The position numbers were made by a program, and so were the translations under genes. Shown in pieces: positions 59,255-64,000 of a DNA stretch of 64,000 nt; the first letter of the stretch is position 1, and each line of letters starts with the position of its first letter. This DNA is from Scyliorhinus canicula (Eukaryota), in the NCBI RefSeq assembly GCF_902713615.1, contig NC_052158.1, positions 39,361,729 through 39,425,728 on the forward strand, given 5' to 3'. The notes under the pieces were generated by a model. That model was not told the DNA's origin. It ran no database searches and saw only the letters and a list, made by a program, of their open reading frames with translations.

Positions 59255-62200
59255 AACCTGGAACAGTAACCTGGGACACACCCAGTCTATCACTAACCTG
59301 GAACAGTAACCTGGGACAGACCCGGTCTATCACTAACCTGGAACAGTAACCTGGGACACACCCGGTCTATCACTAACCTGGAACAGTAACCTGGGACACG
59401 CCCGGTCTATCACTAACCTGGAACTGTAAACTGGGACACACCCAGTCTATCACTAACCTGGAACAGTAACCTGGGACACACCCGGCCTCTCACTAACCTG
59501 TAACAGTAACCTGGGACACACCCGGTCAATCACTAACCTGGAACAGTAACCTGGGACACACCCAGTCTATCACTAACCTGGAACAGTAACCTGGGACACA
59601 CCCAGTCTATCACTAACCTGGAACAGTAACCTGGGACACACCCGGTCTATCGCTAACCTGTAACAGTAAGTTGGGAAACACCCGGTCTATCACTAACCTG
59701 GAACAGTAACCTGGGACACACACGGTCTATCGCTAACCTGGAACAGTAACCTGGGACACCCAGTCTATCACTAACCTGGAACAGTAACCAGGGACACACC
59801 CAGTCTATCACTAACCTGGAACAGTAACCTGGGACACACCCAGTCTATCACTAACCAGGAACAGTAACCTGGGACACACCCGGTCTATCACTAACCAGGA
59901 ACAGTAACCTGGGACACACCCGGTCTATCACTAACCTGGAACAGTAACCTGGGACACACTCAGTCTGTCACTAACCTGTAACAGCAACCTGGGAAATACC
60001 CGGTCTATCACTAACCTGGAACAGTAACCTGGGACACCCGGTCTATCACTAACCTGGAACAGTAACCTGGGCCATACCCGGGCTATCACTAACCTGGAAC
60101 AGTAACCAGGGACACACTCAGTCTATCACTAACCTGGAACAGTAACCTGGGACACAACCGGTCTATCACTAACCTGGAACAGTAACCTGGGACACAGCCG
60201 GTCTTTCACTAACCAGGAACAGAAACCTGGGACACAACCGGTCTATCACTAACCTGGAAAAGTAACCTGGGACACACCCAGTCTATCTCTCACCTGGAAC
60301 AGTAACCTGGGACACACTGAGTCTGTCACTAACCTGGAACAGTAATGTGGGACAAACCCGGTCTATCACTAACCTGGAACAGTAACCTGGGACACCAGGT
60401 ATATCACTAACCTGGAACAGTAACCTGGGATACACCCGGTCTATCACTAACCTGGAACAGTAACCTGGGAAACACTCGGTCTATCACTAACCTGGAACAG
60501 TAACCTGGGACACACCCGGTCTATCACTAACCTGGATCAGTAACCTGGGACACACCCGGACTATCATTAACCTGGATCAGTAACCTGAGACACACTCGGT
60601 CTGTCACTAACCTGGAACAGTAACCTGGGACACACCCGGTCTATCACTAACCTGGAACAGTAACCTGGGACAGACCCGGTCTGTCACTAACCTGGAACAG
60701 TAACCTGGGACACACCCGGTCTATCACTAACCTGGAACAGTAACCTGGGACATACCCGGTCTATCACTAACCTGGAACAGTAACCTGGGACACACCCTGT
60801 CTATCACTAACCTGGAACAGTAACATGGGAAACACCCGGTCTATCACTAACCTGGAACAGTAACCTGGGACACACCCGGTCTATCACTAACCTGGAACAA
60901 TAACCTGGGACACACCAGGTCTATCACTAACCTGTAACAGTAACCTGGGACACACCCGGTCTATCACTAACCTGGAACAGTAACCTGGGACACACCCAGT
61001 CTATCACTAACCTGTAACAGTAACCTGGGACATACCCGGTCTTTCACTAACCTGGAACAGTAACCTGGGACACCCGGTCTATCACTAACCTGGAACAGTA
61101 ACCTGGGACACCCGGTCTATCACTAACCTGGAACAGTAACCTGGGCCATACCCGGGCTATCACTAACCTGGAACAGTAACCAGGGACACACTCAGTCTAT
61201 CACTAACCTGGAACAGTAACCTGGGACACAACCGGTCTATCACTAACCTGGAACAGTAACCTGGGACACAGCCGGTCTTTCACTAACCAGGAACAGAAAC
61301 CTGGGACACAACCGGTCTATCACTAACCTGGAAAAGTAACCTGGGACACACCCAGTCTATCTCTCACCTGGAACAGTAACCTGGGACACACTGAGTCTGT
61401 CACTAACCTGGAACAGTAATGTGGGACAAACCCGGTCTATCACTAACCTGGAACAGTAACTTGGGACACCAGGTATATCACTAACCTGGAACAGTAACCT
61501 GGGATACACCCGGTCTATCACTAACCTGGAACAGTAACCTGGGAAACACTCGGTCTATCACTAACCTGGAACAGTAACCTGGGACACACCCGGTCTATCA
61601 CTAACCTGGATCAGTAACCTGGGACACACCCGGACTATCATTAACCTGGATCAGTAACCTGAGACACACTCGGTCTGTCACTAACCTGGAACAGTAACCT
61701 GGGACACACCCGGTCTATCACTAACCTGGAACAGTAACCTGGGACAGACCCGGTCTGTCACTAACCTGGAACAGTAACCTGGGACACACCCGGTCTATCA
61801 CTAACCTGGAACAGTAACCTGGGACATACCCGGTCTATCACTAACCTGGAACAGTAACCTGGGACACACCCTGTCTATCACTAACCTGGAACAGTAACCT
61901 GGCACACACCCAGTCTATCACTAACCTGGAACAGTAACCTGGGACACACCCGGTCTATCACTAACCTGGAACAGTAACCTGGGACACACCCGGTCTATCA
62001 CTAACCTGGAACAGTAACCTGGGACACCCGGTCTATCACTAACCTGGAGCAGTAACCTGGGACACACCCAGTCTATCACTAACCTGGAACAGTAACCTGG
62101 GACACACCCAGTCTATCACTAACCTGTAACAGTAACCTGGGACACACCCAGTCCATCACTAACCTGGAACAGTAACCTGGGACACACTCGGTCTATCACT

Positions 62201-62625
62201 AACCTGGAACAGTAACCTGGGACACACCCGGTCTATCACTGACCTGTAACAGTAACCTGGGACATACCCGGTCTGTCACTAACCTGGAACAGTAACCTGG
62301 GACACATCCGGTCTTTCACTAACCTGGAACGGTAACCTGGGACACACCCGGTCTATCACTAACCTGGAACAGTAACCTGGGACACACCTGGTCTTTCACT
62401 AACCTGGAACAGTAACCTGGGACATACCCGGTCTGTCACTAACCTGGAACAGTAACCTGGGACACATCCGGTCTTTCACTAACCTGGAACAGTAACCTGG
62501 GACACACCCGGTCTATCACTAACCTGGAACAGTAACCTGGGACACACCCGGTCTATCACTAACCTGGAACAATAACCTGTGACACACCCGGTCTATCACT
62601 AACCTGGAACAGTAACCTGGGACAC
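59255..62625 (-). repeat. 40-bp minisatellite, reverse complement of 1-3080 (~84 units)
   Basis: ACCTGGAACAGTAACCTGGGACACACCCGGTCTATCACTA units. Confidence 0.97.
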
Positions 62626-62627
62626 CA

Positions 62628-62945
62628 GGGGCGGGATTCTCCGACCCCACGCAGGGTCGGAGAATCAGCGGGAAGCGGCGTTATTTCCGCTCCCGCAGGT
62701 TTTCGAATTCTCCCGCCGGTAAAAAACCGGCGTTGTGCAAATCCCGTCGGCAGCCTGTGAAAACAGCTGGCGCCGGCGGGATTTCATTTTATTTGCACTG
62801 ACCTGAAATCTCCGGCCCGGATGGGCCGAAGTCCCGCCGACGTGGCCACGGGTCACGTCGCCGAAAATCACAGTTGATTTAAAACGGCGTCAACCATTGA
62901 TGATGGTTGACGCCGTTCAGTGTCGGGGGTGGGTTGCGGCATTGG
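62628..62945. mobile_element. Start of a GGGCGGGATTCTCC-ended non-autonomous element
   Basis: GGGGCGGGATTCTCCGACCC..GGTCGGAGAATC subterminal palindrome. Confidence 0.6.
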
Positions 62946-62949
62946 GGGG

Positions 62950-63480
62950 GGGGGGGGGAGTGGGTTGCGGCCATCGGGGGGTTGCGGCCATCGGGGGGTT
63001 GCGGCCATCGGGGGAGTGGGTTGCAGCATCGGGGGAGTGGGTTGCGGCCATCGGGGGGAGTGGGTTGCAGCATCGGGGGAGTGGGTTGCGGCCATCGGGG
63101 GAGTGGGTTGCAGCATCGGGGGAGTGGGTTGCGGCCATCGGGGGAGTGGGTTGCGGCCATCGGGGGAGTGGGTTGCAGCATCGGGGGAGTGGGTTGCGGC
63201 CATCGGGGGAGTGGGTTGCAGCATCGGGGGAGTGGGTTGCGGCCATCGGGGGAGTGGGTTGCGGCCATCGGGGGGGGTGGGTTGCGGCATCGGGGGGGGT
63301 GGTTTGCGGCATCGGGGGGTTGCGGCCATCGGGGGGGGGGGTTGCGGCCATCGGGGGGGTGGGTTGCGGCCATCGGGTGGGTTGCGGCCATCGGGGGAGT
63401 GGGTTGCGGCCATCGGGGGGGTGGGTTGCGGCCATCGGGTGGGTTGCGGCCATCGGGGGAGTTGCGGCCATCGGGGGGGT
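62950..63480 (+). repeat. ~22-bp GC-rich minisatellite (GGCCATCGGGGGAGTGGGTTGC)
   Basis: Direct periodicity. Confidence 0.9.
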
Positions 63481-63679
63481 TTGGGGGCAGCGGCGGGCAG
63501 AGAGGGGGGGGGCGACGGTTGCCCGGGGCCAACGCACCGTCGCCCCCCCTCTGCACGCAGCTGCCCCTACCCCAACCCCCTCCCTTCACCACCCCTACCC
63601 CCTTCACCACCCCTACCCCCCTCCAACGCCGCACCCCCACACCCCCACTAACGCCGCACCCCCCCCCCTAACAGAGGAA

Positions 63680-64000
63680 GGAAAGGGGGGGAGGAGGAGA
63701 GAGGAGGGGGGAGGAGGAGAGAGGGGGGGGGAGGAGGAGGAGGAGAGGGGGGGAGGACGAGGAGAGAGGGGGGGGAGGAGGAGAGAGGGGGGAGGAGGAG
63801 GGGGGGGGGAGGAGGAGAGAGGAGGGGGGAGGAGGAGAGAGGGGGGGGAGGAGGAGGAGAGAGGGGGGGAGGAGGAGAGAGGGGGGGGGGAGGAGGGGAG
63901 AGAGGGGGGGGAGGAGGAGAGGGGGGGGGAGGAGGGGAGAGAGGGGGGGGGAGGAGGAGAGAGGGGGGGAGGAGGAGGGGGGGGGAGGGGGAGAGAGGGG
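63680..64000 (+). repeat. Purine-only G/A low-complexity tract
   Basis: GGAGGAGAGAGGGGGG-type repeats. Confidence 0.9.

Noticed and set aside
52733-62625. Inverted copy as a false duplication of gene 1
   Set aside because: Private SINE and MITE insertions with TSDs and clear UTR divergence indicate a distinct paralogue (a divergent haplotype is not fully excluded).

Overview
Vertebrate genomic DNA, most likely a shark (inferred from HE1-type SINEs, CR1/HER1-type LINEs, L1 style and class I sequence). The window is a repeat-rich cluster of divergent, non-classical MHC class I heavy-chain genes. Gene 1 (+, 3805-29600) has an open spliced frame over six exons (alpha1, alpha2, alpha3, TM, two cytoplasmic); its leader exon was not confidently found. 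Gene 2 (+, 33846-45836) has an ISRE/Y-box promoter and a clear leader but four small indel lesions in alpha2/alpha3. A third, inverted paralogue shows only its intron-1 minisatellite and its 3' end; its body appears lost in a 500-N gap. Both readable genes lack both cysteines of the canonical alpha2 disulfide (C101/C164) and several peptide-anchoring residues. Introns hold minisatellites, one carrying an NF-kB site in nearly every unit, plus a full-length L1 with TSD, a complete Ty3/Gypsy element, a decayed Harbinger transposon, MITEs, SINEs and CR1 fragments. A retrovirus-like 3' remnant encodes a small single-pass membrane glycoprotein where env would be expected. HLA-style residue numbers come from by-eye alignment.
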